Source: Candidatus Kaiserbacteria bacterium
Lineage (GTDB): Bacteria > Patescibacteriota > Minisyncoccia > Phycocordibacterales > UBA2100
Direction: 5' to 3'
DNA: 64,000 bases
Assembly: GCA_023267655.1 (NCBI GenBank)
Contig: JAHFMV010000001.1
Coordinates: 95,954-159,953 of the forward strand
Position 1 is the stretch's first letter, and every line of letters begins with the position of its first letter. Positions 8,503 through 17,027 of this stretch are shown here, one piece after another. A program made the position numbers and the translations under genes. The notes under the pieces are model-generated. The model saw only the letters and a program-made list of their open reading frames with translations. It was not told the DNA's origin and searched no databases.

Positions 8503-9486
8503 ATGTTAGTTGGAAAAGCGTCTCCGGACGACATGAATTTGCATCCTATACGCTATCAGTGGGCGTATGATCTCTATCAGCAAGCAGTCAGAAACACGTG
8601 GTTCCCGCACGAAATTGCGCTCAAAGAAGACCTCGGCGACTGGGCAAACATGACCGACGACGAGCGGCATGCGGTGAAATTCCTCATGGCGTTCTTCAAC
8701 CCAGCGGAACTGATTGTGAACCGCTCGATCGCGCTCGGTATTTATCCGTATCTCAAATCACCGGAGTGCCACTTGTATCTCGCCAAACAAATGTGGGAAG
8801 AGGCAAACCACTGCGTCGCATTCGAGTACGTCTTGCAGACGTTCCCGTTTGATCGCACCGAAGTCTTTGGCATCCATTTGCAGACACCATCGATGCTCGC
8901 CAAAGAAGCGTACATCAACAGATACATGAAGCGGATGATGGAAGATTCGCTCGATGTGGAGACGCCGGAAGGGAAGAAAGACTTTCTGCGCAATCTCGTC
9001 GCGACGAACATCGTGATGGAAGGCATTTGGTTCTATTCGGGATTCATGGTGGCGCTTTCATTCCGTCAGAGAAATCAGCTGCGCAATTTGGGCTCGATGA
9101 TCAATTGGGTGATCCGCGATGAATCGCTCCATTTGAAATTCGGGATCAATCTCATTCATAACATCCTTGAAGAGAACGCAGAATTAGTCGATGCGTCGTT
9201 TGCGCAGGAAATCGCCGGTATCATCGTCGAAGGTGTGAATTTGGAGACCGCCTACAACCAAGACCTCTTCCCGCGCGGCATCCTCGGGCTGAACGCGGAT
9301 TATGTAAATCAATACGTGCAATACGTTGCGGATCGCCGTTTGGAGGAATTAGGCCTCGGCAAGCACTACAACGTCACCAATCCGGCAAAATGGATGTCCA
9401 CGGCGACGGATGTCTTTGAGTTGGTCAACTTCTTCGAGGCTCAGAATACGTCGTACGAGGTGGATTCTGGCTCGAAACATAAGTAA
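8503..9486 (+). CDS. nrdB: ribonucleoside-diphosphate reductase beta subunit (ferritin-like di-iron)
   Basis: Di-iron ligand motifs (EANHCVAFEY, VIRDESLHL) and the tyrosyl-radical-region pattern; immediately downstream of nrdA. Confidence 0.85.
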   Translation: MLVGKASPDDMNLHPIRYQWAYDLYQQAVRNTWFPHEIALKEDLGDWANMTDDERHAVKFLMAFFNPAELIVNRSIALGIYPYLKSPECHLYLAKQMWEEANHCVAFEYVLQTFPFDRTEVFGIHLQTPSMLAKEAYINRYMKRMMEDSLDVETPEGKKDFLRNLVATNIVMEGIWFYSGFMVALSFRQRNQLRNLGSMINWVIRDESLHLKFGINLIHNILEENAELVDASFAQEIAGIIVEGVNLETAYNQDLFPRGILGLNADYVNQYVQYVADRRLEELGLGKHYNVTNPAKWMSTATDVFELVNFFEAQNTSYEVDSGSKHK

Positions 9487-9488
9487 TC

Positions 9489-9617
9489 CGCTCGCGGCTA
9501 AGAAGTTTGAAAACCCGACGCCGCCGGAAAACCTCCTCTCGGTTGCGCTCCGGGCCGCTAGGCCAAGTCTTGCAACCTCGCTGAGCTTTTCCGGCGCCGT
9601 TTGACGTTTTTCAAACT
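9489..9617 (+). repeat. ~130-nt nested-palindromic repeat element, copy A; candidate MITE-like element or structured RNA
   Basis: Outer arms GTTTGAAAAC/GTTTTTCAAAC, then CCGACGCCGCCGGAAAA/TTTTCCGGCGCCG, inner CTCGGTTGC/GCAACC and GGCC/GGCC; a second copy, ~95% identical over the 80-nt core, lies inverted at 43383-43530. Confidence 0.6.
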
Positions 9618-9651
9618 TCAAAGTCGACTCACTGCTGTCGCTGTAAAAAAG

Positions 9652-9684
9652 AATCGCGGCAGAGCTTTCGCTCTGCCGCACATT
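9652..9684 (-). terminator. rho-independent terminator for the 9687-9983 gene
   Basis: On the minus strand, GCGGCAGAGCGAAAGCTCTGCCGC is followed by GATTCTTTTTTA. Confidence 0.55.
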
Positions 9685-9686
9685 GC

Positions 9687-9983
9687 CTACACGAACATTT
9701 CCCAATTACTCTCCGCAAATGGATGCATGAGAAGATACGCTTGGTACAGTTTCCTTTCGAAGTCAGGCGTTCCTCGCTCATCACGCTTCTCGAAACCATA
9801 TAGCTCCGCCGCTAGCCTGTTGAATGCTTCGATGTTTGCCGCGAAGCAACGCCGGAATACCGGGACATCTCTGTACATGTCACCCATGAAATGTTCATTG
9901 GGTTTCCCGCAGAAGAAAAGGGCGAAGTTGTTCTGTTGTATGTCGAACTCCTCAAGACTGAGGACGGGGTCTTTGTTGGCCAT
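9687..9983 (-). CDS. hypothetical protein (98 aa)
   Basis: Compact ORF with a terminator downstream; the overlapping plus-strand ORF 9601-10092 looks low-complexity and spurious. Confidence 0.45.
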   Translation of the reverse strand: MANKDPVLSLEEFDIQQNNFALFFCGKPNEHFMGDMYRDVPVFRRCFAANIEAFNRLAAELYGFEKRDERGTPDFERKLYQAYLLMHPFAESNWEMFV

Positions 9984-10115
9984 TGTCGCCTCCTGGCTAT
10001 CAGTGGTTGTACTGCGCGCAACAATACGATTCTTCAGTCAAATTGGCAAGGAAAATTGGGTAGGAGCCGTTTATGACAAACCCCTCAAATAGCGGTATTT
10101 GAGGGGTTCGGCGGG

Positions 10116-10484
10116 TTAGACCTTCTTGATTTGGAGGCCGGGGATTTTCTTGAAATCGCGGACATTGCGGGTAAAAAGGGTTGCTCGTGCCGCGAGAGCT
10201 GTCGCAGCGACAACGCTATCGCCGAGGGACATACTGTAATCACGACGCAGGATGCCCGCTGCTTGCGCCAGATCAGCGTCGAGCTTTACGACGAGAGTCG
10301 AGTTGAGAAATGATTCGATTTTTTGCATCTCTGTCTGCGATGTTTTTGTTGAACTCCAAAGCTCGGTGATTACGATCGAGGGAACAATGATGATTTCGTC
10401 AGCGAGAATAGAGGAGAGAATTGCCAAGGCTTCACGATCGTCATTAACGTAGTAGACGATCGCATTGGTATCGAGTACGTACAT
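10116..10484 (-). CDS. vapC: PIN-domain ribonuclease toxin VapC
   Basis: Starts MYVLDTNAIVYY (the conserved Asp); PIN acidic residues present; short, and sits downstream of a small antitoxin ORF. Confidence 0.8.
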   Translation of the reverse strand: MYVLDTNAIVYYVNDDREALAILSSILADEIIIVPSIVITELWSSTKTSQTEMQKIESFLNSTLVVKLDADLAQAAGILRRDYSMSLGDSVVAATALAARATLFTRNVRDFKKIPGLQIKKV

Positions 10485-10491
10485 GTCGCAC

Positions 10492-10647
10492 TTAACGATC
10501 CCAAGATTTACGCGCCTGGCGCATTTCGCGCAGGATCGCTTTGCCGCGCGCGCCTTTCCACATGCCTTTTATGCGCGCCAATGCTGCTCGCCGTGCCACG
10601 AGATCAGCCTTTGTCGGCTTTGGGATTTTGATGACAGGCATGTTCAT
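10492..10647 (-). CDS. vapB: putative VapB-type antitoxin (52 aa)
   Basis: Hand-translated minus-strand ORF MNMPVIKIPKPTKADLVARRAALARIKGMWKGARGKAILREMRQARKSWDR; its stop lies 7 nt upstream of the vapC ATG. Confidence 0.5.
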   Translation of the reverse strand: MNMPVIKIPKPTKADLVARRAALARIKGMWKGARGKAILREMRQARKSWDR

Positions 10648-10707
10648 ATGACGGGAGTATAGCATATACGCAAACGAATCGCGGCAGGGGATGCCTGCCG
10701 CGGAGAC

Positions 10708-11259
10708 TCACTTCTTTAGTTTTTCTTCGTGCATTTTTCTGCAGTCGGCAACAAGTGCATCTAAAGCTCGCACAGCGTTTTGTTCGTTATGAATCATATC
10801 TTCGTACGACTGCAACGTTCCATCAACTCTTGGAATGCCGATGTCGAGCGTCTCGCCATGAGACTTCATCGCCGCATTAAACACACCCCGGATTTCAATG
10901 GTCTTGTCCTGGAGCTTGAGGGGTCGAGACATCCAGCCTTTGATAGCAACCATATGCGTCCTCGACGGGGGCCCAATGATGACTTCAATAAGGGGGAAAA
11001 GCACCTGCGTGTTATTTCCCAGCTTGATCGACCCCATCGAATTTGGTCCGTAACACTTGATAAGCCATGTCGGTTCCGATTTATCTCCCGCATGAGGATA
11101 CGTTGGAATGGTCGTCACGCGCGAACCGATCTTTGAAGCGTTCGTCACAATCCAACGGAGGTCTTCAAAGTTTGTGAACCTTATTTTCTCTTCTTGTGAT
11201 TCCGCAGGCGCTGCACACACGCAAAGTGCAACTAGAATCATCTTCAGAATTTTCGTCAT
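10708..11259 (-). CDS. secreted hypothetical protein with signal peptide
   Basis: GGAGGAG RBS immediately before the MTKILKMILVALCVCAAPAES signal peptide; no recognised domain. Confidence 0.5.
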   Translation of the reverse strand: MTKILKMILVALCVCAAPAESQEEKIRFTNFEDLRWIVTNASKIGSRVTTIPTYPHAGDKSEPTWLIKCYGPNSMGSIKLGNNTQVLFPLIEVIIGPPSRTHMVAIKGWMSRPLKLQDKTIEIRGVFNAAMKSHGETLDIGIPRVDGTLQSYEDMIHNEQNAVRALDALVADCRKMHEEKLKK

Positions 11260-11362
11260 TTTCTCCTCCACTTTTCTGCCGGCCATTTCAGCAGCTGCGT
11301 GCAACAGTACAATTCTTTCGTCAAACGAGCAAGAATGGTAGAATATAGATATAACTAACCGT

Positions 11363-11659
11363 ATGGAACCAGATTTTAATTTTTCGACGGGGCCAGAGAA
11401 GGTGTTTATCGAGGGATTTCATGCACGTATTCTGAACGGCATCCTGCACATCGTCTTTCGCTCGGCGGAAAAGTCATATTCATTTGTCTTGCCGCTGGAT
11501 TTGACGAAAAAACTCTCGCGCGGGCTTGCCGCGCAGGTGGAGGAAATTGAAAAGAAAAACAACATCGTGATTGATGGACGATTACCGAACGAACCAATGG
11601 TCTCGCCGATCCAAGCACAAATTATCGAAGGGGACACGCCACCGGAAGAGAAGAAATAA
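11363..11659 (+). CDS. hypothetical protein (98 aa)
   Basis: ORF followed by a strong hairpin; no domain recognised with confidence. Confidence 0.4.
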   Translation: MEPDFNFSTGPEKVFIEGFHARILNGILHIVFRSAEKSYSFVLPLDLTKKLSRGLAAQVEEIEKKNNIVIDGRLPNEPMVSPIQAQIIEGDTPPEEKK

Positions 11660-11692
11660 AAAAGAAGAGCCGGCGCGTACTCGCGCCGGCGT
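11660..11692. terminator. bidirectional terminator hairpin between convergent genes
   Basis: GCCGGCGCGTACTCGCGCCGGC hairpin with T-rich runs on both sides, strongest on the minus side (TCTTCTTTTTTATT). Confidence 0.55.
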
Positions 11693-11698
11693 GCATTT

Positions 11699-12238
11699 CT
11701 ACGTTTCCGCAACTTTCTTTCGAAGGTGTTTGATGAGACCGGCAACGATGCCCTCATAATAGGATTGCAAGTGTTCTCGTGACCACATCACTTTGAAGGC
11801 AATTGATGCCTCCGTATACAGTGGCACGTAGGCATCAAATTCGCCGTCAGGTCCATTGTCGACAAACGCTACCGGAACCTCGGCAAGAAAGCCGACTGGA
11901 ACCGATCGTCCCCGCGCGTTGATTTCAAATCGTGGGACAAATTCTTCGAATGTAAGGATCAACCGCCATGTTTCCTTTTTCTCGAATTTTACATTGACCT
12001 CAAACATCCCCACACCGGAATCAACATCCGAAAGAGTAAATTTAAACGCCCCCCTTGGTTTATTGGAATACAGACGTGCGAGTCGCATGAACTCCGCCAT
12101 ATTAGGTTTGTCTGATGCCTGTGCGGGCGACTGCTGAACATCGGTGACGATGCCGATGATCATGATGATAGCTCCAGCAATAACGGCAATAATCCACCAC
12201 CAGTGTTCTTTCCATATCCGTGCCATGTTTCTCTCCAT
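11699..12238 (-). CDS. membrane-anchored hypothetical protein
   Basis: 179 aa with an N-terminal TM helix (WWWIIAVIAGAIIMIIGIV); no recognised domain. Confidence 0.45.
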   Translation of the reverse strand: MERNMARIWKEHWWWIIAVIAGAIIMIIGIVTDVQQSPAQASDKPNMAEFMRLARLYSNKPRGAFKFTLSDVDSGVGMFEVNVKFEKKETWRLILTFEEFVPRFEINARGRSVPVGFLAEVPVAFVDNGPDGEFDAYVPLYTEASIAFKVMWSREHLQSYYEGIVAGLIKHLRKKVAET

Positions 12239-12284
12239 CGGCTACGACTTCTTGTACCAGTGAATCACTTTTACCCGGAAATGC

Positions 12285-12310
12285 CAAACCCCCGCGATTA
12301 GCGGGGGTTG
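12285..12310 (-). terminator. terminator of rnpB
   Basis: On the minus strand, CCCCCGCTAATCGCGGGGG is followed by TTTGGCATTT. Confidence 0.5.
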
Positions 12311-12318
12311 TGACATAT

Positions 12319-12634
12319 CTGCACATTAAGCCGGATTCTGTCGAGAGCAGCCATTTATCTGGGATGAGTGTTGCCACTCACCTCAAGCGGTTCTCCGTTC
12401 AGTTTTTAGGCTGGACGACACGACCTTGCACGTAGATAGGAAATTTAGCCGTTGCACCCGGTATGTTTCCATACCGATTGATCCTTGCGGATCCCTTTGT
12501 CTCTCGACGCGGGCGTCACTGTTCGCATCCCTAGGATTACCCCGGCGGGCGTTACCCGCTACCGTCCTGCACCGTAAGGTGCACGTGTCCGGACTTTCCT
12601 CTCAATCTTTCGAAAGAGCGACTGCTTAATGCAG
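12319..12634 (-). ncRNA. rnpB: RNase P RNA (bacterial type A-like, compact)
   Basis: The minus strand contains GAGGAAAGTCCGGAC (P4 5' strand), CGGGTAACGCCCG, GGGTGCAACGG and ACAGAATCCGGCTTA (P4 3' strand); a P1 pairing CTGCATTAAG/CTTAATGTGCAG closes the molecule; the ORFs called in this interval are spurious. Confidence 0.75.
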
Positions 12635-12707
12635 AAAAGTACTATACCATTTTTCTCCACAGTGCGCGAGCGCTTGAGATTTTTTCGAGCATGCTACAAT
12701 TTCCGGA

Positions 12708-15029
12708 ATGGAATTACACGCAACGTCTCGTCGAGGTATTTTTAGTGTTGCTGATGGCATCACGCGGATTTTTTTAGTTGGGCTCGCGGCGATCCTGCCG
12801 TTTTTCATTATCCCGCTCCCGTATGCAGCGGTCGCGCAATCGAAAGTGTTGTTCATCGCCGCGGTGGTTATCATCGCTATCATCGTATGGGTGTATGCGC
12901 GGCTCACCGAGGGCATCGTGCACGTGCCACAAAGCAGCCTCGTGTACGTGAGCATGTTGCTGCCTATCGCGTATCTCATCTCGACTCTTGCTACCGGATG
13001 GAATACCGCGTCACTCGTCGGACAAGGTACGGAACAAGATACACTCGCCGCGGTTGCGCTTATGTCGTCACTCTTTGTCCTCACGGCATTTGCGTTCGTC
13101 GGTAACAACGCGGCAATGCGCCTCGTAGTACAAGGGCTCGTTCTCGGACTCATTGGCCTCTTTGCGCTCGAAGCGCTCTACGTGTTCTTCCCGCAGTGGT
13201 TCTCGCTCGGGGGCGCTCTTGTCGGGCAAACGGCGAACCCATTTGGCTCATGGCACGACCTCGGCATCATTGCCGGCTTATCGTTTTTCATTTCGGTAAT
13301 GCTATGGCGTGCGGATTACTTCACCGGCTGGAAGCGATACATCCCGATTGCTTTGTCTCTCTGTGCGGCGTTTTTCCTGATCGTCATCCATTTTAATGAT
13401 GTGTTATGGGCGACGGCGATTTTGTTTGGCATTACGGTTGCCGCGGTTGCACGCACGTCACTCTCGCACGACGGCCTAACGCCCGTGCAAACGCTGCGTC
13501 GCGTGGCCGTTCCGTTTGCACTCGCCGTCGTTCTCGCGGGCGCGGCCTTTTTCGGCACAAAAATATGGGACAAACTTCCCGCACCAATCCAAATCGTGCA
13601 GACGGAGGTGCGTCCATCGTGGCAGGGCACGTTCGACGTTGCGAAACAGTCTCTCCAAGCACCGGGCGAATTTATTTTCGGCTCGGGTCCGAATTCATTC
13701 ATTCGCGAGTGGGGATTGCACAAGCCGACGAGCGTGAATGCGACGCCGTTTTGGGATTCTGATTTCAATTATGGTGTGGGCATCATTCCAACCTCGATAT
13801 TTACCGCTGGCGCGATCGGCCTCATCGCATGGGCAGCACTCATTCTCGTGATGCTCGGCCTCGTGTGGCGCTTTGTGCGCGAATCACGACCATTGAGCCA
13901 CGGGCGCGCTCTCTTTGGCGTCACGCTCGTTAGCATCGCGTACCTCGTTGCGTACTACATGATCTACACGCCGGGGACGGCGCTCACGGCCGCGACATTC
14001 ATCGGCCTCGGCTTCCTTGCAGTCCTCGCGACCGGCGACGCGCCACTGCGCGTGGTGCGCATTGGTGTCTCGAATATCGGCGATGGAATACGAATGCTGA
14101 TTCTTGTTGTCATCGTTCTCGCGGCGATTGCTGCAGCGGGTATCGTCGGACGGGAAGTTCTTTCGAATATCTTTGTCAACAAAGCCGCGTACATTTATCA
14201 GAACTCAAATGATGTCGCACAGTCAGGAAACGTCCTTGGAGTCGCGCTTCTTATTTCTCCGCGCAATGATCGCGCGCATCGCGCGGCAGCGGAATTGGGC
14301 ATTGTCGAGCTTGCAAAACAGATCAAAGAAACTGATCCGAACAATCAGGCAGCCGCGCAGAAATTAAAAGTGACGCTGCAAGATACGATCCAGCATGGTC
14401 TCACCGCGGTCTCAATCGACGGCACCAACTACCAAAATTGGCTCTTGCTCGCGCAGGTATACAGCAATTTGGCCGGCGCAAATATCGCCGGCGCGTACGA
14501 TCAAGCAAAAACAGCGTATGAAAAGGCGTTTGCCGCGCATCCGACGAATCCGGTGCCGAAGTTCCGTCTTGCGCAGCTTGCGGTCGCCGCAGGCGACCGC
14601 GCATCTGCTCGTACGTACTTGCAGGATGCACTCAAGTTAAAGCCTGATTTTGCCGCGGCGCAGTTCTTACTCTCGCAAGTCGAAGCGGCCGATGGCAAAG
14701 GCGATGCCGCCGTGACCGCCGCAACGGCCGCAGTGCAGCAAGTACCGCAAGACCCGCTCGGCTGGTTTAATCTCGGCTATATCTTATATGCCGGACAGTC
14801 GTACCAAAATGCCGCGCAGGCGCTTGCGCAAGCCGTGCAGCTCGCGCCCGATTATTCCAACGCACTGTTCTATCTCGGCTTAAGTCTCTATCATGTGGGT
14901 GACAAAGCGGATGCGGTCATTGCGCTTGATCGCGTCGTGCAATTGAATCCGGGTGAGGCGTGGGTGGCGCAAGTATCGGCGAACATTAAAGCTGGCAAAG
15001 ATCCAATGGCGGGAGTACAGCAAAAATAA
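12708..15029 (+). CDS. O-antigen ligase (Wzy_C)-like polytopic membrane protein with C-terminal TPR repeats
   Basis: ~12 TM helices with a Wzy_C-like loop; the C-terminal ~250 aa are Ala-rich TPR-like repeats (AHPTNPVPKFRLAQLAVAAGD..., NALFYLGLSLYHVGDKADA). Confidence 0.7.
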   Translation: MELHATSRRGIFSVADGITRIFLVGLAAILPFFIIPLPYAAVAQSKVLFIAAVVIIAIIVWVYARLTEGIVHVPQSSLVYVSMLLPIAYLISTLATGWNTASLVGQGTEQDTLAAVALMSSLFVLTAFAFVGNNAAMRLVVQGLVLGLIGLFALEALYVFFPQWFSLGGALVGQTANPFGSWHDLGIIAGLSFFISVMLWRADYFTGWKRYIPIALSLCAAFFLIVIHFNDVLWATAILFGITVAAVARTSLSHDGLTPVQTLRRVAVPFALAVVLAGAAFFGTKIWDKLPAPIQIVQTEVRPSWQGTFDVAKQSLQAPGEFIFGSGPNSFIREWGLHKPTSVNATPFWDSDFNYGVGIIPTSIFTAGAIGLIAWAALILVMLGLVWRFVRESRPLSHGRALFGVTLVSIAYLVAYYMIYTPGTALTAATFIGLGFLAVLATGDAPLRVVRIGVSNIGDGIRMLILVVIVLAAIAAAGIVGREVLSNIFVNKAAYIYQNSNDVAQSGNVLGVALLISPRNDRAHRAAAELGIVELAKQIKETDPNNQAAAQKLKVTLQDTIQHGLTAVSIDGTNYQNWLLLAQVYSNLAGANIAGAYDQAKTAYEKAFAAHPTNPVPKFRLAQLAVAAGDRASARTYLQDALKLKPDFAAAQFLLSQVEAADGKGDAAVTAATAAVQQVPQDPLGWFNLGYILYAGQSYQNAAQALAQAVQLAPDYSNALFYLGLSLYHVGDKADAVIALDRVVQLNPGEAWVAQVSANIKAGKDPMAGVQQK

Positions 15030-15150
15030 TTTTTAATTATCAATTTCCGATTTTCAATCAACCTCCAATGCAGCAATTTTCAAACAGAGTTCTTTTCAAA
15101 TCATTGGAACATTGAGAATTCAATGAAAATTGAGAATTGTAAATTGAAAT
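15030..15150 (+). repeat. AT-rich ~115-bp intergenic repeat, copy 1
   Basis: AATTATCAATTTCCGATTTTCAATCAA...AATTTTCAAAC...CATTGGAACATTGAGAATTCAATGAAAATTGAGAATTGTAAATTGAAATTTCT; a second copy (~80% identity with one 17-nt indel) lies at 39003-39115; the AT-rich composition contrasts with the ~55% GC background. Confidence 0.65.
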
Positions 15151-15157
15151 TTCTCTT

Positions 15158-16615
15158 TTAAAATTTCGCTAAAAGGGCATCTATCACTTCCTCCGTCTCG
15201 GACGGTGAAGATATTTGCCTTGTCTGAATTCCCGTCGGAATAACGACAGCATCATTGCCGCCTTCATAAAATCCATCGCCGATGAAGCGCATGTCGCTCG
15301 GATGGACGCGCAGTTCTTTGGCGAGCCATTCGACCCCATGCGCTTTCGTCATGCCGAGGCGTGTTACGTCGACTGTCGTTTTTCCGCCGATGAGGACTTC
15401 GTATTCGGGAAGTTTAGTCTTCACGATAGTAATCATTTTCTGGCGTTTCTCGCTCGTCGGATCCCACGCACGCTTTTCGGCCTGCGACGCGCCGTCAGGG
15501 AGCGCCGTAAAGGCGACCGATGTATCACGTTCAAGAATACGCGACGTGTCGCTATTTTCGCTAAAGATTTTGCTTTCGCGTACCGCGTCTTTGAGAGTTG
15601 TCGAGATTTTCATGCGTTCACTGTCCGTGAGCGGAAAGTTATACTTTTCGCGCCATTCATGATGCTCCCACGCGTGGCATTGCGCAGCGCTATCGGAAAA
15701 AACGTACCAATGAGCATCGGTTGGTTCCTTTGGAATTCGACTCAAGATATCGCGTTCCATACGCGCGTATGCCGCGCCCGACATGATCGCGATTGGGATT
15801 TTTTGGGAAAGACGCAACAGCTTGTCGAGGATTGTATCGCTCGGCGGGACAAAACTGTCCGCGAGTGTGTCGTCCATGTCGAAAATAATCGCGCGTGGCA
15901 ATGATCCAGAAAGGTTTAACCTTTCTCGCGGCTCTGTTGTGGGCTGGAAAAGGTTAAACCTTTTTTCTGATCCCTGTTTGGCCATTTTTTGTTTGAAAAT
16001 TTCGTACGCGATCGGCAGCATCGTGACGAGAATGATGCCGATGATGATGTATTCGAGATAGTGCTCGATACCGGGAATCGAGTGCCCAAGGAAGTAACCG
16101 CCAAACGTAAATCCACCGCCCCAAATTAACGCCCCGAGGACGTTGTAAAAGAGGAAGGTGCGGTATTGCATGGCGCCCACGCCGGCGAGGATCGGCGCAA
16201 ACGTGCGGACGATCGGGATAAACCGTGCGAGCAGGATCGTTTTCGTGCCGTGCTTCTCAAAAAAGTCATGCGTCTGCCGCAAGTATGCTTTCTTGAAAAA
16301 ACGCGAGTCTTCGCGTTTGAAAAGCGCCGGGCCGACCCATGCGCCAAACCAATAGCCGATTGAATCGCCGAGGATTGCAGCCGTGAGAACGATCGCAAGA
16401 AGTATGTAAATATTGAGGAATCCTTGTGAAGCGAGGAATCCGGACGTGAACAGGAGGGAAGCGCCCGGGAGCGACACCGCAAAGAACAGCCCGCTCTCGG
16501 CAAGAATAATCGCAAAAATGCCCGGATACCCGAGGATTTGAATCAAGTGAGCAAGATCGATCCCGAAGAGCATGAGTGAGTAGTATGACGCAGAAACGCC
16601 TAAGAACCAACACAT
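15158..16615 (-). CDS. fusion protein: DedA/SNARE-associated membrane domain joined to a HAD-family hydrolase domain
   Basis: The N-terminal part has the DedA/VTT motif (GYPGIFAIILAESGLFF..SLPGASLLF); the C-terminal part carries HAD motifs (IIFDMDDTLADSF, ...GDGFYEGGNDA); the linker is encoded by a pair of 15-bp palindromes. Confidence 0.7.
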   Translation of the reverse strand: MCWFLGVSASYYSLMLFGIDLAHLIQILGYPGIFAIILAESGLFFAVSLPGASLLFTSGFLASQGFLNIYILLAIVLTAAILGDSIGYWFGAWVGPALFKREDSRFFKKAYLRQTHDFFEKHGTKTILLARFIPIVRTFAPILAGVGAMQYRTFLFYNVLGALIWGGGFTFGGYFLGHSIPGIEHYLEYIIIGIILVTMLPIAYEIFKQKMAKQGSEKRFNLFQPTTEPRERLNLSGSLPRAIIFDMDDTLADSFVPPSDTILDKLLRLSQKIPIAIMSGAAYARMERDILSRIPKEPTDAHWYVFSDSAAQCHAWEHHEWREKYNFPLTDSERMKISTTLKDAVRESKIFSENSDTSRILERDTSVAFTALPDGASQAEKRAWDPTSEKRQKMITIVKTKLPEYEVLIGGKTTVDVTRLGMTKAHGVEWLAKELRVHPSDMRFIGDGFYEGGNDAVVIPTGIQTRQISSPSETEEVIDALLAKF

Positions 16616-16693
16616 ATGATCAGGTGTTCCGGTTTGACGTCGATTAAGGTAAGGGGTATTCTATTTTAAGAATTCAACAGGGAGATCACAGCA

Positions 16694-16990
16694 ATGGGCG
16701 ATTCAACATTAGCCGCACGTATCAAGGCGTATCGTGTCGAGAAGAACTTAACAGCGAAAGCGCTCAGTAAAGCGTTGCGCCTGGAGGGCTCGACAATAGG
16801 GCAGATCGAGCGCGGAGTTAGAGCATGTAGCGCAGAAATCACCGCCAAGATTGAGAATTTCATGACACATGCGACAGAAGAGCAGCTTGTTCGATTTCGA
16901 ATTGATCGGCGGGGAAAAAGACGCTACTCGAAAAATACACTTTGGGACGTACCGACGATAGAGGAAATCGACGAGGAACTCTCCCGGTGA
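16694..16990 (+). CDS. XRE-family helix-turn-helix transcriptional regulator
   Basis: HTH pattern (LTAKALSKALRLEGSTIGQIERGVRA); GGGAGA RBS upstream. Confidence 0.6.
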   Translation: MGDSTLAARIKAYRVEKNLTAKALSKALRLEGSTIGQIERGVRACSAEITAKIENFMTHATEEQLVRFRIDRRGKRRYSKNTLWDVPTIEEIDEELSR

Positions 16991-17027
16991 AATCGCACAC
17001 CGGCTCGCAAGGGAAACTGCGAGCCGT

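Noticed and set aside
9410-9604. ORFs 9410-9604 (+) and 43286-43498 (−), which share the peptide PPENLLSVALRAARPSL(A/T)TSLSFSG
   Set aside because: The shared peptide results from translating the two copies of the palindromic repeat element; both ORFs lie in intergenic repeat DNA and have no RBS or start context, so they are not genes.
9601-10092. 163-aa plus-strand ORF overlapping the 9687-9983 minus gene
   Set aside because: Low-complexity Ser/Leu/Arg-rich translation; it overlaps a better-supported minus-strand gene that has its own terminator; likely an antisense artefact.
12102-12629. Three ORFs (12102-12377 −, 12220-12435 +, 12426-12629 +) in the lemA-to-O-antigen-ligase spacer
   Set aside because: The interval is occupied by the RNase P RNA gene, which has conserved P4 and other motifs; the ORFs are chance frames across a structured RNA.
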